This document shows, piece by piece, positions 1-38,700 of a stretch of 64,000 bases of DNA (position 1 is the first letter of the stretch; every line of letters begins with the position of its first letter). A model generated the notes under the pieces. It was not told the origin of the DNA. It was given only the letters and a program-made list of their open reading frames with translations, and searched no databases. Source of the stretch: Tubiluchus corallicola (taxonomy: Eukaryota > Animalia > Priapulida); NCBI GenBank assembly GCA_030141605.1, contig JAQGDQ010000004.1, forward strand, positions 1,798,001 to 1,862,000, written 5' to 3'. The translations under genes and the position numbers were made by a program.

Positions 1-383
1 TGCTTTGATTGTTCTTTGTTTGCATTATTGTTAAATTGTTTAATTGTTAAAGAAATCGACTCCTTACTTTACCACATTGTCAGCAAAGTAATTCCTTATT
101 AGTTCAGCCTTATCATTTCACTGTTCCACTATTTTGCAAGCTTGTTTGTTTTGCTTAGCATATGACAAAGTATTGAAGTTTTAAACATTGTATTTTATGC
201 ACACATTCTAAGCATTCTATCTTTACAGCTAGTCACGACAAAGCATTGCAGTTTTAAATATTATATTTTATGCAGCATTATACTTAAACTTGTTCATTTC
301 GTTTGTACTTTACTATTTATGTATCATATTTCTCGTCGTTCTATTACGTGTACAGTAATTAATATTGTTTGCTTTCTTTGCAG

Positions 384-557
384 CAGCAGAATGAAGCACC
401 TACTGAAAATCATGCACCTATAGCTAGAATAGTGGAACTTGATGATTACATAGAAGAAATCAAACATATAGAAGAGGAAGAGGAGAGAGCGACTTTGAAA
501 CGACAAAAGAAGAAAGAGAAGAAAAAAGAAAAAGAAAAACAGAAGGGCAAAAATTAA
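384..557 (+). CDS. Terminal coding exon of an unidentified gene starting left of the window; charged, Lys-rich C-terminus
   Basis: A pyrimidine tract precedes CAGCAGCAG (381-389). The frame reads QQNEAPTENHAPIARIVELDDYIEEIKHIEEEEERATLKRQKKKEKKKEKEKQKGKN to TAA at 555-557. A long T-rich 3' UTR-like region follows, with AATAAA at 1108 and 2171. Family not recognised. Confidence 0.75.
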   Translation, partial: QQNEAPTENHAPIARIVELDDYIEEIKHIEEEEERATLKRQKKKEKKKEKEKQKGKN

Positions 558-2329
558 CTGTGTTTATAATTTACTTATTGTAAAGTATCGTCCTGCTATA
601 AAATGACTCTTTTATTTGGCAGCAATGCCTGTGTTAGATTTCTTTAAATTTTTGTTTCAAGACAAAATGAACTAAATGTTTCTAGCTGTCTAAAAACTTA
701 AAAGCTGGGGAAAACTCCTGCAGTAGTGGCCTCTTATAAATAGACTATATATATTTTATTTCAGTACAGACTATTAAACTTTTGCATACTTTTAATGCAC
801 AGCAGCAAAACATATAAAACTGATGTTATTTGGTCAAAGAACACTGTACGACAGATTGCACCGTGTGTGATGTTTATTGTTGGCCTATTTAGTGCAGTAT
901 TTTATATACTTCTTAATGTTGCTTTTGTAGTTGTTTGAGCCTGGTCCAAATGTGGTTAAGGTAAGATGCCCCTTGCCTTCTTTGTTGACCGCTTCCAGTT
1001 GATAATGATCAAAGCATTGAAATAACGTTTTGTAGATTAGCCACTACCGTAAGTGTTTCTAAAATTCCCATAGTGTTAGTTAGTTATGTGTTTGTGTATG
1101 TCTGTAGAATAAAATTTTCTTTTTAAAGTGCAGTTATTTTGCCTGATACATTTGCGTAGGTGTCACATCATACATGAATTGTGACAGTGGTGTGGTGATG
1201 TAACTTATTGATCATTTTTGTAGACTTTGGGGTTGCAAAAACTGTTAATAGTAAATTTGTGTAACCATAGGATAGGTTCACAAGGTTGTTTTTAGTGTGC
1301 GATGAAAGGTGTATATTACCTGGGTATATCACCTGACCGCCAAGTGAAGTATGTCCCTTAAATTGCGAAGTTTAGATAGTCCAAATAGGTAGAGATTTTT
1401 GAATGTATGACAAAGACCTTTCTCTCTCTCTCCCTGGTGTCTTAAATTCTGAAATAATTGTTTGTATACCTTTAATTTTGTAATTTAGGATGGATTGAAT
1501 CAATTAAAGTCACAAAAGTCCATTAGATTAGGCTGTAATAGGTTGGTTAATTCATTTTCAAATTCGGTAGGCTGGTCTTCTGCTATTCTTTGTATATACT
1601 TTATATATTATTCCGTTTTTCCTATGCTAAATGAGTAGGTAGATATTTTAGCACCTTAATTACTTCGTAGGATGTTAATTGTTTATGATTAGTAAGTGTC
1701 CAGTGGTGTGTTGTCCCATTTTTGCTGTAAACCACTTTTGTGGATGAGGCATTTTAACAGGTTGTATGTCTTGTCAATTTTATGTATTTTATCTTATCTT
1801 GAGTTGTGATTTGCACTACACAAGTTTGAAATTATTAATAAGTTGTATTACATCAAACGTTACATCAAACTGATATAAAATTGTGCTTTTATCATTTATA
1901 GCCTAAGTGATCAGTCATTAAAAGCTCAATTCTCCGAGTTCTAAGTTGGATACTTATTAATTAATTGTCTCAGTCAGTAATGCACAGGGTGATAAGTTGC
2001 ACATCGTTGTACATTTTTGTACAAGCTGTAACAGTTTTATGTTAAATTTATCAATCTGTTCACTCTTAAATTTGTCTGTCCTGCATTTACTTTGCAAACG
2101 TGGAAAAGAATTTCATTGTGAGAAAAATGCATTGTTGTACTGGTACTGTTAACTGCAAGCAGAAACAAACAATAAATTTTTAAAAACTTTTCATAAAAAG
2201 CCAATAGTTAATTTTGTTTTTATTGCCAATTCAAGTTTTTTATTCCAACCAGAAATCTGATACTGCTAAGTTTATTTAAACCAATACTTTCTTCAACCAA
2301 TATTTTCTTCAAAAAGTTTTTCCTACAAG

Positions 2330-3016
2330 CAGGGCTGGCCTTAGAAGGTGCAAAACCCTACCACAAACAATTTTGGTAGGCCCTAAATATACTGTTATAG
2401 GCTTTATATTTCTGTGACAGAATGGAAAGCAATTGAAAAACTAACTTGTTTTACTAAAAATTTCAATTTCTATTGTGAAAAAATGAAAATGCAAATGAAC
2501 AGCACAGCGGCAAGGATTTTCAGAGCAGAAATGCCCTTTTGGATTTTTAAAAATTACTTAAAACTCGTAAAAACAGTAAACACTCGTTTTTCTTGTCTGA
2601 TCTATCATGGCTATGACAAAGCCATGCCCCAAAGCACCACCCGAGGTCGGCCCGTTAATTGCTGTACATAATTAGCTGGAATGAGCTTATACATTATTTT
2701 CTTTTTGTTTTCATTCATGTAAAATTCTGGCTCTTACATGCCAATCAAATAGATCGACCCAAATTAACATGTTATTAATGTTATTTTAGAAGCAAACTAA
2801 AGATAATCTATTATTATCGTTTAGGAAAAATAGTAAATATTAGAGACACTATAAAGAGGGCTTAATGTAGCCGCAGTAACTGATATAAAAAAATTGGCAG
2901 CGATAACATTTGTATTGCATTGTGCTTACACAAAAAACCAAAATTAGGCAACGCTACTCGCTACCGCGAGACCCCCTGAGGCCCAATTAGGAACAATTGG
3001 CTTAAGACCGGCCCTG
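2330..3016. mobile_element. hAT-like non-autonomous DNA transposon (MITE) between convergent genes
   Basis: Imperfect terminal inverted repeats: CAGGGCTGGCCTTA (2330) versus reverse-complemented right end CAGGGCCGGTCTTA (ends 3016). The 8-bp flanks CCTACAAG and GTTACTAG match only 5/8, consistent with a decayed TSD. Confidence 0.55.
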
Positions 3017-3634
3017 GTTACTAGGTTAGATCTACTTGCAGTAATATAATAATAATAAATAACCTACAGCACAGACTTGCGATCCTTGCGCAAAGCGAAA
3101 TATTACGAATATTCAAACGATTTGTTGAGGTCTTTAGCATAATAGAGAATTACAGGAGGAAGCAAGGAGTGGTACTGTCATGGAGTGAAATTCCACAATC
3201 TTAATATTCCTTAGGAGAATGCATTCATGTTTATTGAATGTATGTCTGACCAGTTTTCTGCATGCATACAGCTTTCATGTATATATATCACAACAATGCT
3301 AAATATTGAAATCATGAGCACAATATACATAGATTGTTCACCTGGCTTCACAATAAAACACTGCAATCTTTAGGAAAAAGTAGGACACATTAAACAAGCA
3401 TTCAGATCCAGATTAAGCAAATTAGGTCTTAGTCTGCTTTTAAAATCGAAGTTATGGAGCTTAGAACCCTGAAAATGCGTTTATTAGGAATTCGAAATCT
3501 CGGTCATTTCGATCAACTATATTGAACAAAAAAGTTAATTTACCAATAATCATGATCTCATAAAAGAAAGCACCTTGAGAAATTTAGTATATATATATAT
3601 ATTACCATAACAATTCCCTATAAATTAATTAACA

Positions 3635-28598
<24,964 letters not shown>

Positions 28599-28947
28599 CT
28601 TAAACAATTTCAAAATTAAAGTTTCAATAACTAATACGCTACTCTACAATTACATAGTAAAGAACACAAAGTTTTAAATGAATTGCGCTTATAATAAAAA
28701 AATTTGTTCAAAATTTACATCTTCAACTATTAAAAAAATCATGAACAAGTTTGTGACAATAGAAGCGCTCTTCGCAGTTTTCTACCGCATGGACTAGTTT
28801 GAAGGTTTCACTTTTCTCACTACTAGTTAAAAGTTTTCTGTTTATTTTCAAGTTTTTAGTATTTTCCTTTAGAAAAATTTTCGTGAAGTTAAACGTTTTA
28901 CTACTAAATCTTCTTCACAAAACCGGCGAACAAACTGACATCAATAA
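28599..28947. promoter_or_regulatory. Probable bidirectional promoter/5' UTRs shared by RAB3GAP1 and PPIL3
   Basis: 349 bp separate the RAB3GAP1 ATG (28598, -) and the candidate PPIL3 ATG-only exon (28948, +). CpG is locally retained. Confidence 0.55.
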
Positions 28948-31900
28948 ATGGTAGTTAACAAGATCACAAACACGTGTTTTGTTCACATAAATTTCTTCTT
29001 TACCACCAATCAATAATTACTATTATCACATGTCAGTACATGGCTCGCTAGCCCATGTAGGACACTGTCATACATGGCTCGCTAGCCCATGTAGAGCACT
29101 GTCATACATGGCCCGCTAGCCTTGTTTACTTAGGAGAAAACAATTATTTGACAAAGAGGTCAGTTATTTCAGATAGATTCTTATTTTATCAGACGTATAA
29201 TAAATTGTTAACTATGGTTAACAACTCAATTCGTGACCAGTCTGTAGTGTCCTACTTGGGCAGCCAACGTACGACACGCCCTACTTGGGCTAGTCCATGT
29301 ACAGCAATTGTCCTACTTCGGCTAGTGTCCTACTCTGCTCCCGACATAGTGAATATTGTGATAAAAAAAGCAAATGTTAGAAAAGTAAAAAATTTAGTGG
29401 AAGTCATAGAACAAGAAGCTGGTGCTTCTGGAAATGTAAAAGAAAAGTGACTAAAATTGAAAAAAGAAACAAGAATGTGGAATTAAAAGTGCAAGTGATG
29501 TACTCCTAATAGATAACACTGAAATTAAATGAGAATTCGCGAAATTTAACCAAAAGTTATTATACAATAAAATAGAGTCGCCCATGGAAGAATGTATTAC
29601 CCAAGTAATTAAAGATGTTGAAATGATCAATAAACTTAAAAAGTGTAATATAGAACCGATTACAGTTAAAGTAATTGGAATGATTGTAAAACAGTTAAAG
29701 TTGCGGAAAGCAATCAACAATCAAAGCTGGAAAAAAATGAGATGCTGAAGTTTGCAGGCAGTGATTTATTACAAAGTGTAAAAGTGATGCTGAACGAAGG
29801 TTTATTTCAGAAATTATACTGGAAGGATGAGTATGGCTGTGAAGTCAGTCTACAAGAGTGAAGGTAGCAGAAGTGAGTTCAGAAAAAGAAGAGGCATATT
29901 TCTTACCAGTAATATTTCAAATTGTTTGAAAGAGTGATTTTGAAGTGAAATGAAGATGTGACAGCTAAAAAAATATCAAAAAGCTAATGTGGGGGGAAAA
30001 TGGTAGAGGTATTGTAGACCATTTGTTTATTTTATGCAGGTATATAGAATAGCTTATATCATGGAAAACCAATTAAGTTAGTTTTTACGGATGCGGAGAA
30101 GTGTTTCAACAAATTATGGTTAGATGTTTAGCAGATCTATGTACCCTAGGATTACAAGAAAAGTATATCATCATATTGTATAAATTGAATAAGTGTGCTT
30201 ACACGGATGGGAGTAATGGATAAATTTCAAGTTGGTAAGTTAGTCCGACAAGGATCAGTGTGGGGACCTATTATGTGTTGTGTAAATTTAGATAAATTAA
30301 GTAAAATTAGTCAGCAAAATAGAGTGCTATTTAATAGCGAAGTTGGTATAACCTCTAGAATAAATGCCAATGACATATTGGGACTAGCTTGAAGAATTAA
30401 AAAAAGATGACATTTAGTAAATCAAAATCACAATATATGGCAGTAAACAAAGTCAAACAGACACACAAGATCGAAAAATGATTTGTGTGTAAGAAATGGT
30501 TCCCTAGAAACTTGTCAATATAAAAATTGAGGAGATTATGTTACAGAAACCACTTTTTGAGCATAAGTAAAAGAGGAGAAAAGTATCGTGTATGAAGAGA
30601 GAATTGATGTCGTGGAGTAGCGAAAAAAAGTTGGTAGTACCAACCTAGTACAGTGTATGAGAATGAGAATTTTTTGTTTGAATCAGTAGTGATACCATCA
30701 TTAATACATAACACTGAAGCTTGTGGCTGATTAAATCAGCACAGTGGGATGAAATAGAAAAATGGCAGAAAGACATGGCATGTGCAATCTTAAACCAAAT
30801 GAGTTCATCAAGTTAGTGGGGCACTATCATGGTATTAAGTTTTTTGCCCAAAATACAAAGAATACATTATAAGCAATTAATGTTATTGCGAACATTGTGG
30901 ATCTCTGAAGAAGAAAGAGATGCAAAGAAGATATTTTTAGCAGTGTTGAGAAAGGAAATTCCCAGAAGTTGGACTGAAAACATAAAAGAAACAGCAGTGT
31001 TATATGAAATTTATATAAGTGGGGAGAGATAACTAAATCTAAATAGAAGCGAGAAATAAAACTAGCTGTTAGTAAATATTTGGAATGCATTCCCAAAAAA
31101 AGTGTCAGAAAATGAAAAAAATGGGATTTATGGAAAATGCTACAGGAAAGTCACACAATCCAGTGGGTTTATGTAATTAAGTGTAACCAAAAAAACAGAC
31201 AGAATGGAAACTGAGTATGATTAAAGTGAAAACAAATTTCAAACATAAGTTTAAGGATGATCTGAAATGTCCTTTCTGTAAAATTCATGATGAAACAACA
31301 GAACATTTATGTGAGAAAGTGTGAGAAAGCTATAAATATATTGGGTGAAGAAAATACAGAATTGGATTTAAAAACATTTGAAACAGAAAAATTGGTAATG
31401 ATCAATACAAGGATGCAGAAAGTAATGAATGTTAGACAGAAAATGTGTTTAGAAAGAGAAATTTATTATCATAGTGTCTACACTCGGTTTTGGGTACAGC
31501 GTGTTAAATGTAGACTTTTTGTCTCACTATTAGAATTTCTACTTTTCTTCTGTCCTTCTGTCAGTTGTGGTAGAGAGGCCAGTGTGAATCACTTGCACCT
31601 GAAGTATTCATCCATAACTCACTTTTGCAGCTATCCAATCATTGTGTGCATTTGTCATGGCTTTTATTTTGTGTTTTGGCAGCCTCTTGTGTATGAAACC
31701 CAAACTATGGTTATATAATATGCTGATTTAACTATTTGGCCTTTTTGTGACTTTTGAACATTTAACATATAATCACCTGGGGGTGCAAATTTATGGCCCG
31801 CAACCCATAAACCGTAGTGAAAAACCGTGACATGTGCTATACTAACTTGGCTTCCCCCGTTGATCATACAGAAAGTTTCTTGTTTTAAACTTGTTGTGTT

Positions 31901-34900
31901 TACTTGCGCTTAAATAATAAGGCAGCTTACAGGATACTCAAAGGGAAGTCTCTCCCCACTTGCAAGAAATGTGGTAGTTGTTTAGTAATAATTATCATTA
32001 GTAGCCTCAATTGCCAGTCACCCCATAGAAGCTGATGATTCATAATGAACATTAGCGAAAAAAGTTGTAGTATCATTTGAGATGAGACAATACATCTATA
32101 TAGCACCATATATATAAATTCTTACAGCCAAAGTGTGAAATCCTAGAATGCCTAGACATTTTATAAAGTACCAAAACAAACCAGGTAAAGTGTCTAAAAT
32201 AACTCCGTCTGCACTTTTGCTAGGCATTATATACACATGTATAATGCAATAGTCTGTCTAGGCAAAGTGTGTAATTCTTAACGTAACATTAGCTAACATA
32301 ATTCTAAGTCAAGTACCACTGCTGCAGCAACGCGGAATGGTGTGCAAAAAGTTCAAAAACACTTTATTTCACTTGGGTCAACAATAAGCAACTTGTATGT
32401 TGATTAGTTTTATTCTATTAAGTACAACTAACATTTAAGCATACTTCTGGTCTGTATTATCAGATAGCAAGATACACCTCGCCCTGGAAAATGTGTGTAA
32501 TATGCTGTAAAACTACATAGTAAATTGTCCCACTTTCTGGTAAAATTTTAACGACATAAACTCTGCATTGCTCATTGCAGTCCTTGTGACTGACACACAG
32601 AAAGCTCCACCCAGTCACAGTTGTGCATTTCAATAAGCTCACATGTTAACTTGCAAATTTCTGCTTATTTGATTGGACAGCAATAAAGTTCCCACCATGC
32701 ATACATTTTACATGCTCATTCTTATCTGATTGGAGGATTGTCAAACAACTTTATTTAAAAAAGGCAGTTAAGCCCTGCAGTGTCACAGCACTACAGCAAA
32801 ACATCTAGGCTGGCTTTAAATATTTTGACCTATCTGTAATCTGTGTGAAGGACAAACTGACAACAGCTTGCACAAGTAATTGTGAACTTGTCATACTACA
32901 GCTAATACGAATGTTTTAGAGCATTTTTCGTAGAGCAGCACACCTTCCAACTGTGGCAAAGTTAAAATTTCCTGTTTTTAAAGTTATATACAGCCTCTGT
33001 GTTACAGGCCGTTTTCTAGATCCACTCTTGGGAATAATGAGCCCAACCTGTACCCTGAGGACCGTAGCCCATAAATTAAAACCAACCCGTTACGGTGCAC
33101 ATCCTAGGTAATCACAGTACCAATACAGTCTAACCTCGTTATCTCGCCACTGTCCGTCTAGGGCAAATTTTTGGTGAGAGGCGAGTATGGCGAGATAACG
33201 GGAATATAACGAAGTTAGTCTATATGTATATACATACTGTACATAATAGTTGATTAACATAGTGTTCCTCTATGTACATATAAAATATATGTCGCATTAT
33301 GATACCAATCAACATTAAATCAGAAATGAAAAAATGTCATAAAAATAATCTTAGAATGTTACTTTTTTATTTAGAAAATCTTTTTCGAGTATACACTTAA
33401 ATGCAATAAACTTAGCAAAAGATTTAGAAATGTTCACAAATGAGTTACTGACGACTGAAATAATTCAGAAGAGACGACCGTTTCATTGATGATACACGCA
33501 AGTAGTCAACATGACGTTTGTGACTCTCCGGCTAACAGTGTCACCAAATTTTGCACTAAATACAGTAGCAATTTCCTGCTGTCTTTGAAGAATTATTCGT
33601 ATGATAAATACAAATTTCCTCTTTTTGTTCAGGATTAAGACAAAACAGTTTTTGCTTCAGAGACATCATGTAAAGTTGCTCACACTTTGTGGAAACTCAA
33701 ACTTAAACGCAGCTTTGGCGCTTTAGTTTCTCTGTGCATTAACCAACCACAGCACTCCTAATCTAATCCTGGTGAAACACACACTAGATTAATTATGTCT
33801 GTCTATCGAGTACAGCAGCATTGTCTACATACCGCGGTTATATTGCTCGACACGCGGTATATGTACAGTATTGATCTAAGTTTCTCTGTTTGGCGACATA
33901 ACGAATATAGTTTACATAAGCACTCATCCTAGCATGACGTGGCGAGGGCGAGAAGCGAGGGTGGCGACTTAACGAGGTAAATATCAAAGCAGGAAATCCG
34001 CCCTGGTACTTTCTATGGCGAGAGACAAGTTTGGCGGCATAACGAGGGGCGAGATAACGAGGTTAGACTGTATAATATACGTACTAAGCAAAAACATACT
34101 ATGCTAGTATGCATGACTATACATCGAGCTGGCTGAGCGGCTAAGGATACTAGTATAATGTTGTACAAAATCTCAGTGTTTGCAGACTTGTTTCTTGTGA
34201 GTCCAAATTAAATTCTGTTCTTTGATAACATTAACATATGTTTTAGATGACTCCTGACTTGTACAGTTGCAACTGATATCCTCACATGGCCCTCCCACGA
34301 CTCTTTAATGTGAAGAAGTTTCCAACATCCACTTATTTCGGTGACAACAAGGAAAATTCTTCAACCCATCAACCATTTTTCTAGCCTTTCTTTGGACAAC
34401 CTCGATCAAGTATAGGTCTTTAACAGTATGGATTCTAGATAGGGTTACGTAGTATATTCCACTATTAGACGAACTTTAGATTTGTATAGTGTGATAAGTA
34501 TGTTTGCATTTTTCTTAATGAAATTCTTGTTTATTATTCCTAGGCTTATGTTTGTATTTTTAATTTTCATAGAAATATGCTTTCCAGGTTTTACAGATGA
34601 TATAATGACACTTGAGTCAGTCTCTTATTGAACTACATTTAATGAAATGTTATTGAACATAATGATTCTGATGTGGATTTGAAAACAAAGTTGACTAATT
34701 CACTACATATTCATCAAAGATTGAAAGAAGCTCATGAATTATGGTATGCATTATGTACTGTCAGCAGTTACTAGATAAATATTTTATCCTAGTTACAGTG
34801 AATTGCTTCCTAATGCTGGCAACTTAAATTACTGTTGTCAGGCTATTTTTTGTGAAGGGTGGGTGCTCAGTTACTACATAGTCTTTCTCCACTCCTTTTC

Positions 34901-35725
34901 TCTTTCTGGGTTGTTGTTATTACTAACACTTTATTATGTCATAAAGTTGATATAAGACGAATAATATAGTTCAATTAAATTCAAATTCGATTTGGTGCAA
35001 AGTGAGTTGTTTGCAATGTATTAAAAATAATTAATTAAAGATACTGTTATTTTATCATTGCAAAATTCAAGTGAAAATAATTAGCATCTCGGGACCTAAA
35101 AACTAAAACCTACATGCTGTTAATATTTGCTTAGTTAGTAGTGACTGCTCCGGACAGCACACTATAGAAAACAGTGTCATAATTTGCAGATATGGATTTG
35201 GTAGTTACTGCTTGCTTTATTTAACAAAAGACATAACACAGTGCAGTTACAATAATATGACATTATTATAATCATCATTGTCATCATCGTCACACTACTT
35301 TATATCATTATCAATAAGAGAGAAAAAGATTGTAGACAGATTCATGGATCCATGAATCTGTCTATAAACTCTGTTTTCTTATTGTTGGTGATAATAAATG
35401 CCAGCCTATCAAAACCTTTATACAGGTACATGGATCATCATTAATCATCATAATTCCTACTTTACATGATCATTAATTTACTTTGGTTTAATAATTGTCT
35501 TTCAGTCAGTAACTTTGGAAACGGATGTAGGTGATATCAAAGTAGAGCTATATTGTGAAAATTGTCCAAAGACGTGTGAGGTTTAGTATTACTGCAGTAA
35601 CCTATTTGCTCATTTTTATTAAATTTTTAAATTGTAAAATGAATATATGTATAATTTAAAAAAATATTTAGTTAGTCTCTTCAAGTTGCATTAAAAATTA
35701 AAAAATTAAAAATTTTTCAACACAC

Positions 35726-35764
<39 letters not shown>

Positions 35765-38700
35765 GCATATGATTTGCTTATTGTACACTTCAGCTTGGCT
35801 GCATTAATGTTTTTCTTTTCTGCTCTTTTTGCTTGTGTTTTACATAACAATCTTTGGAAGATATTTAGATGTGTTTTGTGCAGTTACTGGAATACACAAA
35901 TCTATTTTGCAGAATTTTCTGGCTTTGTGTGCTACTGATTACTACAAGAATACAATAATACATCGAAATATTAAAGGATTCATGGTCCAAATGGGTGATC
36001 CCACAGGTTAGTAAAACGGTTTGGATACTATACACTCTCCATTTATGGAACTGGTTACACAGTAATGTACATTATTAAGTATTCGTCTACAATATCTTTT
36101 GCTTCATAGATTTACAATGTTTGTTTATTTAAACACAGTTGTAGAGGTAAGTCCCCAAAGTCTGCTGTGACTCAGTATCTTGAGGGGATATCTTGTTTTG
36201 AAAGATTGACTTTTTGGCTGTGATATAGGTCTTGTTTTGTAAACATTAAAATTCAGGCCATAAAATAAATTATAGCGAATTCGATTATTTCAGATTCTTC
36301 TAATCTTGGTGGGTTGTTCTAAACTGCATAGACAACAAAAAATTCAAAATTTATTGTTGCAGTTGACTTATTCTGTTCTTACTTTAGTAAGAACTATGGT
36401 ACTTTTTAGTATAATATGAATGCTTAACCCTTTTAGGAACAGGAAAAGGTGGGAACAGTATTTGGGGATCAAAGTTTGAGGATGAAATTTGTGATGACTT
36501 TAAGGTAAATTACTTTCCTCATTGAATTAGCATTTATCATTATAATGGTAACTTCTTTAATTTATAACAATTTTCCAAATTCATGTCAGTTGTAAAATTC
36601 AATATACTTGTCATGCTAACTGACATGTTTACTGTATAATGTGTCCAGTGCTCGAATTGTGAAATTTTAATAAGATATACTGTACAGTCCAAAATCCGGC
36701 AACCCAACTCAAGAGGGACTGGTGTAATGCTGTAAGCACCCCCTGCATTTTATAGCACCTGTGGGTATTTTGGAGCACTCGTAAGATAGTTTCTCATTTG
36801 TTTTATTGCTCATTTTTATTGGAAATTTTATGAACAATAACAAAAGTTTACAGTAAAAGAAGTCAAAATGCCCATAAATCTCAAAAATTCTTTATTTTTT
36901 CAAGAGATTTCGTTCTTCTCGGTCTCCAGCAACTGCACAGAAGGGTACAATAACAAAAATTACAGATGTAACTACATATAAAATAAAGGTGTACAATATC
37001 GGTAAAATAAAGGGTACAAAAAGTATGAAGAGCTTTAATTAAAAACTAAATTAAAAGAAACAGTAAAATTACTAATTAAGAAAACAAAATGAAAATTAAA
37101 CTGACAAACATACCTGACATCTATTAGATATAGCTAAGATTTTAGTTCAGCCTTTTTGTGCTTGTATTATTTGACTGACATTGTACACCTTTATTTTATA
37201 TGTAGTTATATCTCCATTTTGTTATTGTATCTTTCTGTGCACCTGATAAAGTCGGACAGCTGATGAAGGACGAAAGCTCCTGAAAAAATAAAGAATTTTT
37301 GAAATTTATGGGCATTTCGACTTCTTTTATGATTTTGACCATGACAAGTCTCAGAACAGCACCATCTTATTTTCAAACAAAAGTTTACTGTCTAAATCTA
37401 AAAATCTCTATATCTATCCTGAGTGATAACTGATTGGCAGTTTTTATGGGTAATTCATTGCCACCCATTTAGCATTTTCGTTTTGTTATTACGTAATTTG
37501 TAACTTCTCTTCTCACTATGCTGTGACAAGACTATCGTGGCATTTCACTTTTGACTTACCTATGCAGCTGCTAAAACTTGTGCTTGGGTCTAAAATTGCC
37601 TCTGAAAGCTTAGTTTCTCTTTGATTTTCTGCACTTGAAACTACACATTCGTTCTCATGCTCATCAAAGTTACAACGTAATTATTACTTGAGGTAATATT
37701 TTTTCCGTTTGCCTACATATGTTGAAAATTGTCCCTATGTATTGCATCATACTCAAAAACTTGGGAACAGAAGCGTATGAGCTTAGAATTATATGAGCAT
37801 ATACAGTAATTGCTACTGTGGCGATCTCGTTGTGTAAATAGGCCTACTACTATGAATACAAGATATATTGATTTTTGCAGCAGCACAACTAGCCTTCCAA
37901 CACCTACCAGTGGGCAGTACTAACATTTTACTACGTAATAATTTAAATTTAAGTGTTATTTTGCTGACTAATTGATTTGTAGTTGGCTTCAAATTATGTT
38001 ATTATAGTTACCATAGCAATTGGTCTTTTCACGTAGTCATCAATCAGTACGAGTCATGGTGCTAATATGTATCTTAAGAACGTCATGGTTTAATTTTTTA
38101 TGACTTTCAAAAATACTTCCTTCAGTAGTTAAGTAACCGTCAAACATAAGAAGTACCTAGATGGGTGATATTTTGTAGAATTTTGTTTCAAATTGTGTCC
38201 TAGCAAAGTGATAGAAACAATGAACCATACAAAATCAAAAACTGTATAATTCTAAGAAATTCTGTGGAAAAGTATCAAACATAAGGTAAAATTATCTTGC
38301 TAAGCATCGTAGTTTGACATCACTTAACTTCACCTGTGCTTGGTGTGCATATAGGCTGCTAATTAATACTGAGTGTGAATCAATAATTGAAATAATGTTT
38401 GAAGATAGCCGCTGTACAGTATTACCAATGAACACGTATGTAAGTGGTGAAAATTCTAATAAAATTGACTTTCAGAAGTCCAACTTCTCAAATCTTGGCG
38501 AGACTGTAGCTTTTTGCCACAACCCCCTTCCCTGGCAACTACCTTGATCCTAGATACTTGTATAATTAACTCTGTGTTAGGTACATCACCAGGATGCCAA
38601 CTCATTGTCTTTGGGACATTTGCAAGATTTTCTGCTTCTCTTTAATCCCTGCTTTATTTGGTCTATTTTTTTGCTTATACATTATGTGAAACTAATTGTA

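Noticed and set aside
29037-29121. CRISPR-like palindromic repeats
   Set aside because: The units are contiguous with no unique spacers, no cas genes are present, and the context is eukaryotic.
36421-36436. U12-type branch-point-like TGCTTAAC in PPIL3 intron 3
   Set aside because: The donor is GTTAGT rather than GTATCCT, so this is a U2-type intron.
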